DNA from: Antedon mediterranea
Lineage: Eukaryota > Animalia > Echinodermata
Length of the DNA: 64,000 bases
Assembly (NCBI RefSeq): GCF_964355755.1
Contig: NC_092676.1
Location: 253,788-317,787 of the forward strand
Reading direction: 5' to 3'
In this document: positions 25,449-38,900 of the stretch, one piece after another
Layout: every line of letters starts with the position of its first letter
How positions within the stretch are numbered: position 1 is the first letter of the stretch
Made by a program: the position numbers and the translations under genes
Notes under the pieces: generated by a model
The model's database searches: none
Told to the model about the DNA's origin: nothing
Seen by the model: the letters and a program-made list of their open reading frames with translations, nothing else

Positions 25449-26228
25449 TGTTACAATAACTGAACGGAATGTTACTTGAATGTTAACTGAATGGAAGGAA
25501 TACATTAATGTTAACTGAACGGGATGAGTACATTAATGTTACCTGAATGTTAACTGAATGGAAGGAATACATTAATGTTAACTGAACAGGATGAGTACAT
25601 TAATGTTTTCATTTATTGACTTGAACCAAAAATTTATTTTAAAAATTAAGGTTATTTTATTGTTTATCATCAAAGCTACTAATGTCATTAAATAGCAGAT
25701 CATGATCTTATCCACTGTCATAAACACTAGTAGTGTTAATCAGTATTTGAATTGTTCATAGGACAGGGTCTAATAATAGGTCTTAATTCCTCCCAGATCA
25801 ATTTAATAAATTAAGATTATATTGTCAGAATATAAATCATTGATGTCATGGTTTGTGACCAATGTACATTATGTATAATTTATTAGTGAATAAAAAAAAT
25901 AAACATAAAACGAGGTTTTCTATCATTAATTTACATTATTTAATTTTGTTTGATGCCTCATAATGAAATTGTGAGATATTATATGTTTATACTTTTATAA
26001 ATACAGTACAAAATGAGCACAGAGATGTCACTAATAATTTCTTCATGTAAAAAGCACATTTTAAAATTATTTAGATGTTAAATGCAACAAAAAAAGTCCT
26101 AACTGGGTTATATAATAATTGAATTGTGTTTGTTTTAAATGGTTATTGTTGAATTAAATTATAAAATATTTGATAAAAGTATTGTTTTTGTCTTTTTTTC
26201 ATTAATAAAGTCTTGTTTCTTGTATCTC

Positions 26229-26277
26229 ATTTCCCGCACTTAGCTGAGAAAAGTTTATGCAACTAGAGGGCGCTCTT
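26229..26277. promoter_or_regulatory. MED18 promoter with an E2F site and a CTCF-like site
   Basis: TTTCCCGC at ~26230 (E2F consensus) and CAACTAGAGGGCGCT at ~26260 (close to the CTCF core CCACTAGAGGGCGC), 110-160 bp upstream of the ATG. Confidence 0.5.
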
Positions 26278-26389
26278 TATCAACAACAAAATTAAGATCA
26301 ATTCAAAAACAAATGAGTGGAAGATTGTCTAAAATAATGTAAAAAAGATGTTTATGTAAATAGTTAATATTATTGGTATTTATTTCATA

Positions 26390-28587
26390 ATGAATGCAAG
26401 TATACCAGGAACGTTTGGGTCTACGATAGGAAACGTAGGAAACCAGGAATACTATTTGCAAGGTAGCGTGTTAGACAGCGCTCGAGATACGCTAGTTCAT
26501 AGGCTCAAGGCTCTCTGTGACAATGTACAACTCCAGCCTGAGTCGTTTCAGGACCATGAAATTGTTTACGCCATGAAAAGTTAGTTTAATTACTATAAAC
26601 CAACATTTTTTTTTAGGTGGCGGTGGTGATGGTGGTAGTAGAGTCCGAGGAAGGTAGTTCAGTATGAAATATGAAACGCTGTAAATTTAAATTATATTAA
26701 AATATTGTCCCCTTTTTTATTTCGCATGGCCTATTTACGATTTGACAGCATATAATTTGGCAATTTTCATTTCGTTTTTATCTATTTTATTAAATAAAGT
26801 GTATGTAAAAGTCAAACGCAGCCTGCCTCTTTTACTACCGCTTTATACATTCGGGTCTTTTAGCTCTTCTGCTCTTTTTTTTAACCATTTTCCCTCTTAT
26901 CATTCATTATTATAGCCCGCTCGATAATTCCAAACATCATTTTTTTTCTTATTTGAACTTGATAAAAAAGTTTTATAATTAAAAAACTGAATGAAATCAA
27001 ATTGAATCTGTAGGTAGTAATGCTTCAAACGTGATGACACTTAGAGCACGACATGCTTTGGACCAACCACCTGACTCACCATGGTAAGATCAAACAATAT
27101 TAGTGTTAAACTGGAATGCCATACTGTGGTAGGATATTGGAGGGAAACTGATTGGATTCTCAGGATCTGGGATAAAAGAGACGAACATATTTCAAAATGT
27201 ACACACATTTTAATGAGTAATAAATCAAATCTGAATTAATTTTGTAGAAATAATTACTTACATGTATTCTTTCATAAAACATAAGATAGTGGTATACTGT
27301 ATCTGGAAGTTCTTGCTTGCCTTCTGTGTTAGCTTGCCTTATGGTTCATAAAAACATAATGTTTGACCTCCTCCTACTATGCAGGCAATTACGTTATTTA
27401 GGGCAACCAGAGATGGGCGATAAAAGCAGAGGAGCTGCTATGCGTAGCTACTTGGATACATGCACTGGACCAAACCTACCAGATTTTTTGACAGAGATAG
27501 GTTTCAAGTAAGATTTATGTAATTTCATAACATTTGTTTAACAATTACAACTTCATATGTTAATTCAACTCTGTAATCTTACAGACTTGTCTTCTTTTTC
27601 TGGCCAAATAACACTATTCTGTCACATTTTACTTTTGTCTTAGTATGATAAACATGCTTTTAGTCCTGTAATTTTGAAAAAATGATAAATCTACAATTTT
27701 GACCCATTCTTTTAATAGTCAATCTTATTGTGTTTGAAAAGTAGTTGTTTAATTTTACTTTTTATATCAATTGGGAAACATTCTTATATGCTGACATTTT
27801 TACTGCAACAGGATGGATTATGAAGTAGTGTGTAAGGGTTATATGTTTCGTAAAGGAAAGATGAAAATTACTATTACCAAAGTATTTAAGGTACAAAACA
27901 TTCTTTAGTTGAAAATTTAATTTTTATTTTTGTTGTTTTTCAGTATAAATTCTTTATTTAAATTGAAAAATTGAATATTGTTTAATAATAAATTAATTAA
28001 TTAAATTACTAATAATGTATTTAATCTAATGGATTGATAAACATTACACTTCAGATAGTTAACCCTGGTAGTTTTGATAAACTTGAGGCGGTGTCTAACT
28101 CACACTTAGTGGAGCTAAGTGTGGTGGTATCAGCCGCATCAGATGCTATCACTGAAGATATTAAGTCTTTTTCAGAACAACTTAAACCGTATCCTTAAGT
28201 TGAGTTGAGACATTTCTTAATCATTTTGTTGATCGTTGACTGAGAAAAATGAAAAACACCAACTAATTTGTTATACTTTATGCCACTAAAAAGAGACGTC
28301 ATGATTTAGATTACATGAAGATATTATTAAGTTCATAAATGAACACAAGAGGGCTCTCTCTTGTTTACATGTTGTTGTGACATTTCTGGGGGTCACAAAT
28401 TACTGTATTGTATAATTATACAACAAAAACCATGGCCAGGCCTGTTGAAAAATAGGTCATTAATTATACATCCCTAGTTTGAATTTACTTAATTAATTAA
28501 TTTTTATTTACTCAAATTCAAAGTTTCCTTAATAGTTTATTAAACAGCATTGTCACAATGGAAAAGGTTGATCCAAGGAAACTGTAG
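26390..28587 (+). CDS. MED18: Mediator of RNA polymerase II transcription subunit 18, 211 aa, 6 coding exons
   Basis: Exons 26390-26579, 27014-27083, 27385-27507, 27812-27890, 28055-28188, 28548-28587 (636 nt). Motifs QEYYLQGSVLD...HRLKALCDN...FQDHE, PWQLRYLGQPEMGDK, FLTEIGFKMDYEVVCKGYMFRKG, SHLVELSVV, FSEQLKPIVTMEKVDPRKL. Confidence 0.95.
28189..28547 (+). other. U12-type (minor spliceosome) GT-AG intron of MED18
   Basis: 5' splice site GTATCCTT, branch site TTCCTTAAT at 28525-28533, 3' CAG at 28545-28547, no polypyrimidine tract. Splicing it restores the conserved MED18 C-terminus. Confidence 0.9.
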
Positions 28588-28716
28588 CCATACTGAGAAC
28601 TGTCATTCATGTCATAGGTCAATCCGAGGAAGATATAGCCATACTGAGAGCTGTCATTCATGTCATAGGTCAATCCGAGGAAGATATAGCCATACTGAGA
28701 GCTGTCATTCATGTCA
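28566..28716. repeat. 51-bp tandem triplication spanning the MED18 stop codon
   Basis: GGT(T/C)(G/A)ATCC(A/G)AGGAA..TAGCCATACTGAGA(A/G)CTGTCATTCATGTCA at 28566, 28617 and 28668. Confidence 0.88.
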
Positions 28717-29959
28717 AATAACATTTGTGCTGTCTCCAGCACCATCCTAAGAATTCAATCAATTCTTCCAATGGTTTAATTGCAGCTAACAGTCCAGCTG
28801 ATTTTATACTTGTGAATTATTATAGAGAACTAGGTACTGTATGTGTACATACATTTAATCCAAGTGGTTTGTTGCTCTTGGAATCTTGATCACATTCACC
28901 CTTCCTCCATCTAATGATATACAGTATTTTAATTTATGATTTCATGTTGACCTTCTACACTCAGTTTGAGTTCAGACTTATGTGGAATGTGGAACATTAC
29001 ACTCAACATATCAAATGTACAGAACACGGTTTTTTATTTATTTATATTTTGTTTTTTTTATACTAAAAAAATTCAGTTAAGTTTTTGTAAAAATTGTAAT
29101 AATAAGAAAAGTATACAGTACATAAACATGATACACTGATATTAATAAACTGAACACAAATTTATTAAGAACTGTGTATTATTGTTTTATTTACTTGTTA
29201 TCTTCCAGCAACCATTACCCTCAAATCAATCAAAGTCATACAATTAAAACAATTTGCCTTTTGGTATTAAAACATACTCTCCTCAGGCTAATAACATTTG
29301 TAATTGTAAACTATGTATTGTCACTGTTTTGGTGTACGATTACAGTTCTGAGATAATTACTTGCATTACCATATTCTAAGTATCAATTATTCACCCTGCT
29401 GATTGGCTATTCAATGATCACGTGATCACATACCATGCATGCATTAGACATAGCATCAAGGGTCATGTGACTTTATTTGGTAGTCAAGTTGGTGCTAAGT
29501 TATTGAGGATAGAAAACTCAAACTAAACACTCTTATACTGCATCCTCTGACGATTGGAGCCAAGCCAACCTTTCTCTATTTTAGTTTGTAAGTTGTTTTT
29601 TGTTTGCAATTTTTTAATTCTATTAGATATATTTAATAAATAAATTAATTTAATTTTAACTAAAAAGTAAAATAATTTGGTGTTACTTGGTTTTTGGTTC
29701 AGTAACAAATTTATCCTGTTTATATCAAGCATACAATTTTTCAGTAATGTAGTTTAATTAATGTTATATGTAGGCCTATTTTTATTTATGATTTTCCAAA
29801 TATATTCACTGAGTTCAAATAATATAATTGAATATAACCAAAATTTAAATGTTTGCAAACTAAAATATTGTACACTCTTTTGATATAAATAAATAAATAA
29901 AATAATTTATGAACTATTTAATTTTGTAGGATCTTATTTTATCAAGAAAAGTAAACAAC

Positions 29960-32900
29960 ATGGCAGATGAAGAAGCTGAACGTGCTGCCGAGGTAAATAA
30001 ATTATCATTTTTGCTGCAGTCCAGCATTTAATTCACAACAAGCATTTATATATAATTTAAATTGGTTTTTTTTCTTTTAATTAAAAATATATAATTGTTC
30101 CCTTGAAAAAAAATTAGACTATTGAAACAAATTATTTAACCCAATTAAGCCACAATTTGGAGAAAAAAAAGCATTGTGTCAGGATGCTATTGTCTGCAAT
30201 CCAACAGGATTCTGGCTAGTGTAACGGTTTATTTTGTGTTTTTTCTTCTTTTTTTAATATCAGAATTGAATACTACAGTACTACATTTAATTTCATTTGT
30301 TTTTTTTATGTTAGAGAGACATTATATCTTTAACCATTGTTGAATTTTAAAATATCTGAATTACCCAATGACTACATTCACAGGAGTAGGTGATCAATCA
30401 ATGAACACATGGGAACTTTTTTTTTATTGTTTGAGATAATTTGAGATAAAATTGTTATTTTTATAATGAATGTAGGAATTGCGCTTAAGGCGTGAAGAAG
30501 AAGATCGGCAACGAGAAGCAGAAGAAAAGGAGACGAGAAGAATCCAAAAAGAACAGGAGGAGAAAAGACTTGCAGAGATGAAAGAAAGAATGGTAAGAAA
30601 GGTTCATTTCAATTCATGAAGCCTATTTCGTGCCTAGCTTACCTGGATAAACCAACAATAGCCATTTCTCCTCGAAGCGCGAGATATAACTCGAAAAGTT
30701 TTCATTGAATCCCCCTCTCTACAAAATGGTATAGTCCATGAACTATGCATGAAATTTATTTAATGGAAAAAAAATACAAGTTTAAAATACATTTTTAATT
30801 TAGCCACCCAATGTCGTGTATTAAATTAAAAACAACATCACCGATAAACTTTGACTACAGCCATGTTCATAAAACATGAATTCAAAAAGTGATTACAAAT
30901 AAAATAAATGAAACGAAAGCAAAGGCTTTGGGTTTCATTTAAACAAATCATCTACATGTCAGACTGACTATCTTAGTTGTGAACTTTTACCTTGAATCTA
31001 TATTATTTTTTTAAACAGGAAATAAGAAGAAAAGAGGAGGAGGAGATGGCTCGTCGTATCCAAGAAGAGGAAGAGGCAAGAATTAAGAGAGAGGAGGTAA
31101 ATAGTTTCAATTATATTTTGCCTTCATAAATAAGAGACTACCTCATATTTTAAGGACATAGTCAGGGGGATAGTTGAGGGTCATCCCCCCCCCCCAACAC
31201 CCATTTTTGTTTTTTTTAACTAGCCTGCTCATCACGATGTAAAAATCCAGGCTATTCAACTTCCATACGCCTTATCTAGGACGACATTTTGATAGGCTGT
31301 ACAGAATAAAACATCTTTGTATTATTGTTAACAGGAGCTTGCCATTAAACGGCGTGAAGACATCGAGAAGCGACGTAAGCAAGCTGAAGAGAAGCGTAAG
31401 CAGTTGGAAGCCATGGCGGCAGCTGCAGCCGCTGGTGGTGGAAAAGCTGGCATGCTTGCTGTAAGTTTTATTTTAAAGATGTATTGTCCCTTGAAACACA
31501 AAAAATGAAAAAAAAAATATTCTAAATTTTAATTAGCCATATCAAAGTAATATTAAAGTTATTCAGTTTAAGTCGAAAAGTTTACATAATTAACTGGTAA
31601 ATTAATTAGATTACATTTCGTCTGGGAAATCGTCGCAAGCGAAAGTAAACAAAGATTTTAAACCATGAGTATGCATTATGCATGATGCTAATTAGGATTG
31701 TTTACAACTCGTCACGGTTGAGAAGGTGTTTCACACAGATCGCGAGGAAGTTTTATGATTATGCATACAGAGTAGCCAAACAAGCGCGTTGCATTATGAG
31801 ATATGTTTTGATTGAAAACTTTGACTGGAAGTCAGTTATTTTTTGAACAAAAAAACATCTGTATTTCGGTTAAATTATTTTTTTTTTTCGACTAATTTTT
31901 GGTGAAAGTTTTTTTTTCGAAATAAAAAAAAAAATTTGGGGGGGAATTAGTCAAAGGGACAATACATCTTTAAATTATAACTTAAAAAATAAATGTGCCG
32001 AGAAGTTGATTAGAATTCTATTATGTATGTTCTTTAGAATCAACATTATGTCAAAGGTCAACTGCAAATGTCAAAGTTTGCAACAAAAAAATGACTTTTA
32101 AAATCATCATAGAACATGATAATTTCATTTTATTTCACTTTACTAATAACTTAAATAAAGTGAAGGAACCTGAATGAAAACATAGCTTGTAATTTGAGTC
32201 TGTAGACCTTCATCAATAATGACAATTTTTATTTTGGAACTACATTCATAACCAATAACCTGATTCAGTCACCACAGACTGTGCATAATAAATGAGTTTG
32301 TAACCCAGTATATGTTGTTTGGTTTTACAGGCTAGGATTGCCCGTGCAAGAGAGGAGTCTAAGATGACAAAGGATCAGATAGAAGCAATGAAGACGCAAC
32401 ATCTTGATGAGAAATATCCACCAACTAATTTCAACAGAATTAACTCAATTGACAAACTGAAAACCTTGGCAACAAATTTCCATAACCAGTTGAGGAAATT
32501 CTACGCTGATTTATTTGATTATCAAGACAAACAGAGTCGTAATGACTATTCTGTAAGTCACACACATTATTAATACTATTTATTATTTTATTATTTATAA
32601 GGGATTATACCAAAGTTTCCTACTTCAGTTTCACAGCAGTAACTACATTTTTTTCCTGTAAAAACGTATGATTTTAGTTTTATTTTATTAACATTTATCA
32701 AATCACATCTATCAAATAATTAAATATCTAATTTGTTTTCTTTTTCAGAAAAATGAACTTCAAGCTCGTATTAAGGACATGTTGAAACAGTATGTTGAAT
32801 TAAGTTTTTCAATCCCAGTACAGTGGACCTATAGATCCATGCCAATACATTATACAACATTACAGAACACACATTTAGTCAGTAGATTTTTGGCAAAAAT

Positions 32901-35900
32901 GATGTTAGCTTTTGTAATTTGTGTAAAATTGAATTTATGAAATAAAAAACATTTTTTCCATTAAACAAAGCGCAAATCAAAAGTGTTTCTTTTGCGAAGA
33001 AAATAAGTAACCAGTTGGCAACCCACAATCTTTGGGGTTTTTTTATTAGTTTTTTTTATTAAGTTTTACTTAATGGTTCATAAATTCTTTTACTTTTGTT
33101 ATTCCAGTGAGGTATCAACTAAGGAACAGATCACTGTTGAAACAAAGTAAGATTACAACCTTAATTTGTTTACCAATTTGACACCAATACAACATTTTCT
33201 ATATAACCTAGACATTTTACAACAACTATCAGCAAATGCATGAATAATGTCACCCTTTATGGCTGCAATGTATTGTTGAATAATGTCACCCTTTATGGCT
33301 GCAATGTATTGTTGAATAATGTCACCCTTTATGGCTGCAATGTATTGTTGAATAATGTCACCCTTTATGGCTGCAATGTATTGTTGAATAATGTCACCCT
33401 TTATGGCTGCAATGTATTGTTGAATAATGTCACCCTTTATGGCTGCAATGTATTGTTGAATAATGTCACCCTTTATGCAATGGATTGTTTATATGATCAT
33501 TGCTTTCAGTTTGGTGAAACAATTCAGAGAGGAAGGTTTCAAATCACAGCACACAAACACAGATGACAAGGTAAGTTTAACTTATATTATTTTAATTAAT
33601 AATAAAATTAAATTTCTTGATTAAGCAGAAGCTACTCTTGATTTCCAAACTGAATGTTACTAAAATGAATGAAAAGATAAAACTATGCCATGTTTCTAAT
33701 ATGCTGAGTTGAGATAACACCTGTTTTTACTGTAATATGGAAAGAACAGAAAATAAACCATGGTAAGGCTCTAAGGTTCAGCCAAATTGCTTCATTAACA
33801 TTTCTAAAAGTATCCGAGGTATAACTAATTAATGGTAAGGCTCTAAGGTTCAGCCACATTGCTTCATTAACATTTCTGAAAGTATCCGAGGTATAACTAA
33901 TTAAATAAGTTTAAATTAACTCATTGTTAATTATACATTTGCTAACTTTTATATCACAGAATATTGAATGTCAAGTAAGTAGTACTAATTATCAATCGGC
34001 TTCTGGTATCTAAGTTAAGTTGTTTGAAAAGTGGAGAAAGTTATTGGGAAAGAGAGGCTAGTGAAGAGATTTTATCATATTTAAGCAGGGATGAAAGAAC
34101 TTTATTATTTTAATCTTTTTTTTTTTTTTTATGGTATTCAAAATATAGATATTTCTTTGCTGAAAAGTAGGTCAAATTTGTCGTTGGTAAAAGATATTTT
34201 TTAGGAATGATATTTTTTTCTGTTGCATTGTACAAAATATCTTTATGTGAAATTTATGTGTTCTTTTTAAATGTTGTTTAAATATCGTCCTGTTGAGGAA
34301 ATTGGTTATCATTAAGCTGACCTTGGACTTATTTTCAAAAACGGTTTTACAACTTTACTTAAAGATTATTGTTTTATTTTGTTTTTTTGTCTATATTTCA
34401 GATTTCGGTAAGTTTAAATTTTGTTAATGATGTCGTGGTTTTCCATTCCTTCTTAGATATTTTAGACAATTTCATAAGTGATCTGTTGTCCAATGTTTGT
34501 AGTCTCAATTTAAATTTTGATGAACTGAGTTATGTTTTTACTACCTTTTATGTTAAATTTATGTGCTGAATATTAACTTTAAAAAATGTATAAACTTTCA
34601 TAATGATTTGAAGTAATTCATAAACTTTTAACTAATAAGATTTTAAAATCCTTAATTTAAGTCCAGACTCAAGAAAACCCATTCATGAAACTAACTGTCT
34701 ATGTAAAACTTAATTACCATAATTAGCACATCTATAACTTCTACCTATCCTACCGTCTTCATATTTGTATACATACATATAGCCCATCCTATCCTATTAA
34801 AATAATCCTCACCAATTACGTTTCCTAACTAAACATTAAAAACCTATCATGCACACCTGTCTACATCCAACCAACAGCCCACCTACCTATCACTGAATTT
34901 ATCCAACTAAACTTACCTTTACAATTTAATTATGATCATGAGAGTTTAAACCTGTAAAACCATTAGTTAACTCCTTTACAACTAATAGTACACTTTTAAT
35001 TTGTCATCTGTGACTTTTCTAATAGAATAGACAACCCCTGTCACAAACCACTGTTGGAAATTAATAGTTTTCCATAAGAATCCATCGATTTATGTTAATA
35101 ATGATTTAGGAATAGAAAATATTTGTCATCATTGTGTGACACTAATTCCAGAGTAATTGTTGTAATTGTTTTCTGTATAGATATTTCACCACTAAATTGT
35201 CTTTGTGTGAAAATGCCTCTTTTTAATGTAAAACCCTTTTTGGTGTGGATTACGTCAATTTTAGAGAAAATAATTTAATGTTTTCTAAAATGTTTTCTAA
35301 ATAATAAACCACTTTAATTATGGAGATTTATGACCAATACATGGCTATTTTTGTAATTTTCACAGAGAACGGTACGTTGAAATACTTATGACAGGTCAAA
35401 TGTCACAACTTGAGAAATTTGTATTGCAAAATAAAAGTTTGTATGGTGGGGAAAGTTTAGGCTTTGAACAGAGAAGCAAGAGCTACATTTATTAAGGACT
35501 CTATATTTGTTGTGGTGTAAACTTTAATCTCTCCGAATATTGTATATTTTTATGAAGGCAGCATAGTTTCTATTTCCTGAACTTTATATAGTTTATAGTT
35601 CATGATTCATTGGATCTTAATTGGATGTATTTACTTTAAATTTAGTTTTGTTATTCTATTGTTATTGATTGATAGGTCAGTTGATTAGGTGATTTATTGA
35701 TTTATAAGTTTATTGATTGATACGTTGTAAATTGATTGATTGATTTTCATACACTGAATGAACGATTCTCTTTCAACGATTTTGTTAAATTTATTTTTCT
35801 ATAATCAAACACTTTTCTTCTTTTTTCTATGACTTCCTTCATGGAATCAACATTATTTCATCAACATGTAAGTATTTGTCATCATTATTATTACCTCCGC

Positions 35901-38900
35901 CAAGGAGGTTATGTTTTCACCCCTGTATGTTTGTGTGTGTGTGTGTGTGTATTTGTCATTATTAGTATTTGTCATCATTAGTATTTGTCATCATTATTAT
36001 TGTTTATATATTCATTTGATTAAAATGAATCCATTTTATTTTTCATTGTATTGATAACATCGACAATAATACTATTTTTACTTTTCCATTAGACTATGGA
36101 AGTATAACACACGTGAACTTTCAAATCATATATATTTATATCAACATAAAGCCAGTGCTTTTTATTTCTCTAGGATATCAGCTGAAAAGGCGACTGAGAG
36201 AGACGTCTTACTTTAGTGATGCTGGTGGAGTTAAGAGTCGCTACAAGAACTTCTCTATTATTCCTGAAGGCGTTGACTTTTCCAGGTTGTTTACTATTGT
36301 AAGTAAAACCTTTCTCAGTTTTATCTTTGTCTTGTTTGTAGTTATTGCTAAAATGTTTCTATTTCTCATTAGAATATTTTATAAAATAACGAAATATATC
36401 TTTTTTAAATTAGCAAAAGATTAAGTACTAGAATACATTTATCCATAGTCCTCCGAATACAATATATCGGAGTTAGCTTAAATCTATTTCACACTTATAA
36501 ATATAACAGATCTATTCATTTAGATAAATCAATCAATATTTTGTCTTTCATGATGCTGTCCCAAACAGGAAAAACCAGAGGTGAATTTTAAAATTAATAT
36601 TAATATCTTTAAAATTCACATACTTTAATATTTGATCACCATCTTATCAATTGTAGCATGTTGTTAGGGCGCTTCTGCTATTATCATTCTATGCATCTAG
36701 CAAATTAACTTAAGTTAGTCACATTGTCTATAGTGGTGGTGGATTTAACTTAAGTTAGTCACATTGTCTATAGTGGTGGTGGATTTAGACAGCAGTGTAT
36801 TGCTACTACATTATAAAGGGTCCCAATGTTGTTGTATTCAGTCTGCACATAATGATACGCCAATAGCATCATTTCACATCCAATTTGAAACGTGTTTATG
36901 TTACTAAAATTAAATCTAAATGATCTAAATTAAAATTTTTATTATAAACCAAATATCTTTCTAAATTCACCACCTATCTGCTATAATATATCTAAAATAA
37001 TTTTATGTATATTTTTGTATGAGGGCATGAAATGTACTATGATGAAGAGGAAAAGCGACGACACAGCACTATACTAGTTATATGCTTTTCCAATAAGCTT
37101 TTTTTTAATCTGTTTTTTGAAACATTGAGTGTTACTTTGTATGCTAAAATGATATTGAATTAAATATCCAGGCACAATTTTATCTTTTACAAACAATAGT
37201 CATTTTATGTTTACCAATAATACATAGCATACCATAATATATAGCAAGCCTATCTACTTCTAATTGTTTTCAAATTTTGAAATAGTAAATATTTAGAATA
37301 ATTTTTAGCATAACAAACATGTGCTTTCCTTTCTAACATTATATGCATGCTTTGATCAATGTAATATTTACTCCTTTTCTATCCTCTTTCTAATATCTCC
37401 TCATCTTCTTTTTCTCATTCTTTAATTCCACCTCATTCTCGTTCATTTAATTTCTTCTCTACTTTCTAATTGATTCAATTTCACTTTTTCAATTCTTTTC
37501 GAAAAAAACATGTGTAAGTTCATTCTCTCTGTAGTCATAAGTCATAATAGCCATAATATTTCATTCATATGTCTTAAAAAAATTAATTCTATTGTTTTTT
37601 CTTTCATATGATGAAATAGGACAGAACACAGGTAAGTACAAGACCACTGATATGTAATCTATGGATCTTGAAACACACCTAAGCCTCCCTGGGTTAATTT
37701 ATAATAGCCACCAGACAGTAACGAACATTAACTTTGTCACTTGCAAGCCAATAATTGGTAAATTTTAATCTATTTTATTAAAAGCTCTTGTTTTTCTCAT
37801 TTTCAGGATTTTGAAGATCCATATGAGAAAATATTTGTGACGTTACCATGGGAATGTGAAATATGCCACAAGGAAGTTTACCAGTTTGAGCGTTTGGTTG
37901 TGAAACGCCGAGTGTTTCACAAACAGTGCTTCAGATGTGTCTACTGTATGAAAGTAACCAAGTAAGTATTAAGTACACTACTAAGTACTCCATGATACAA
38001 ATTGTAGGCACTGTCAAATGTATCAGAATGTAATTTTGACACATTAATGAATGCTGCAATGACATACATTGTACCAGTAAGCTTTATCATACCCTCTATA
38101 GGGGAGTGTTCAAATTTTTCTTCATATGCTAATCTTTATTGTTGCAATATTTAAATTTTTAACAATTTTAATCATTTTATTGTAATATTTATTGTTTGTA
38201 TATACTGTACCATCCTGTAATTGGCCCCTTGTTGTTTTTGCAGCCCACGTGATTATGGCTTTGTAGAGAACAAAATCTACTGTCGTCTTCACTTGAGGAA
38301 GTTGGCGCGTGAAAGGTTGGAACAAGACGCTTTGAAAAAGGCAGAGGCAGAGGCTGAGAGACTAAGACAAGAAGCGGAAGAAGAGGCTGCAGGAGGACAA
38401 GTCGAGTCTGCACCACCAGCTCAAGGTACACTCTATCCCTGTGTTAAATATGTCTTGATGTTTGAGCATGTTTGCATTAACCTCTGTCAAACATTATGTG
38501 ACAAAAAAATGTGTTGTGCCCATATATGGACATGATGATGTCATATCACTACCATATTTTGGGCATATCACTGCCATATTTGGGTACATCACACTTTTTT
38601 TGTCAACTACGTTGATGGTGTAGACAGAGCTTTAGACTCTTAAAATAGGAACAATTTCATACATCTACCCACATGAATTGTATACTTCATTACAGGGTAC
38701 ATGTCATTATTTTGTAAATGTAGACTGTGTTTATTGAAAATGTCACTAATAATGTAGTTAGGAGAGTGCTCTATTAAAGTAAGGTTACATTATCAACCAC
38801 TAGCACTTTTAGGAAAAGTATTAACATGTAAAGCTTTTCTTACTTGTACATCGTTTGATTTCAGCTGCTGAAGAGGAGGAGGAAGAGGAGGAAGAAGAGG

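Noticed and set aside
33240-33566. 108-aa ORF with NNVTLYGCNVLL repeats
   Set aside because: A 36-bp intronic minisatellite; the real exon (33510-33570) is read in another frame.
37024-37077. Purine-rich segment as a possible alternative terminal exon (GMKCTMMKRKSDDTALY*) giving a LIM-less isoform
   Set aside because: The acceptor would be a weak GAG; not supportable without transcripts.
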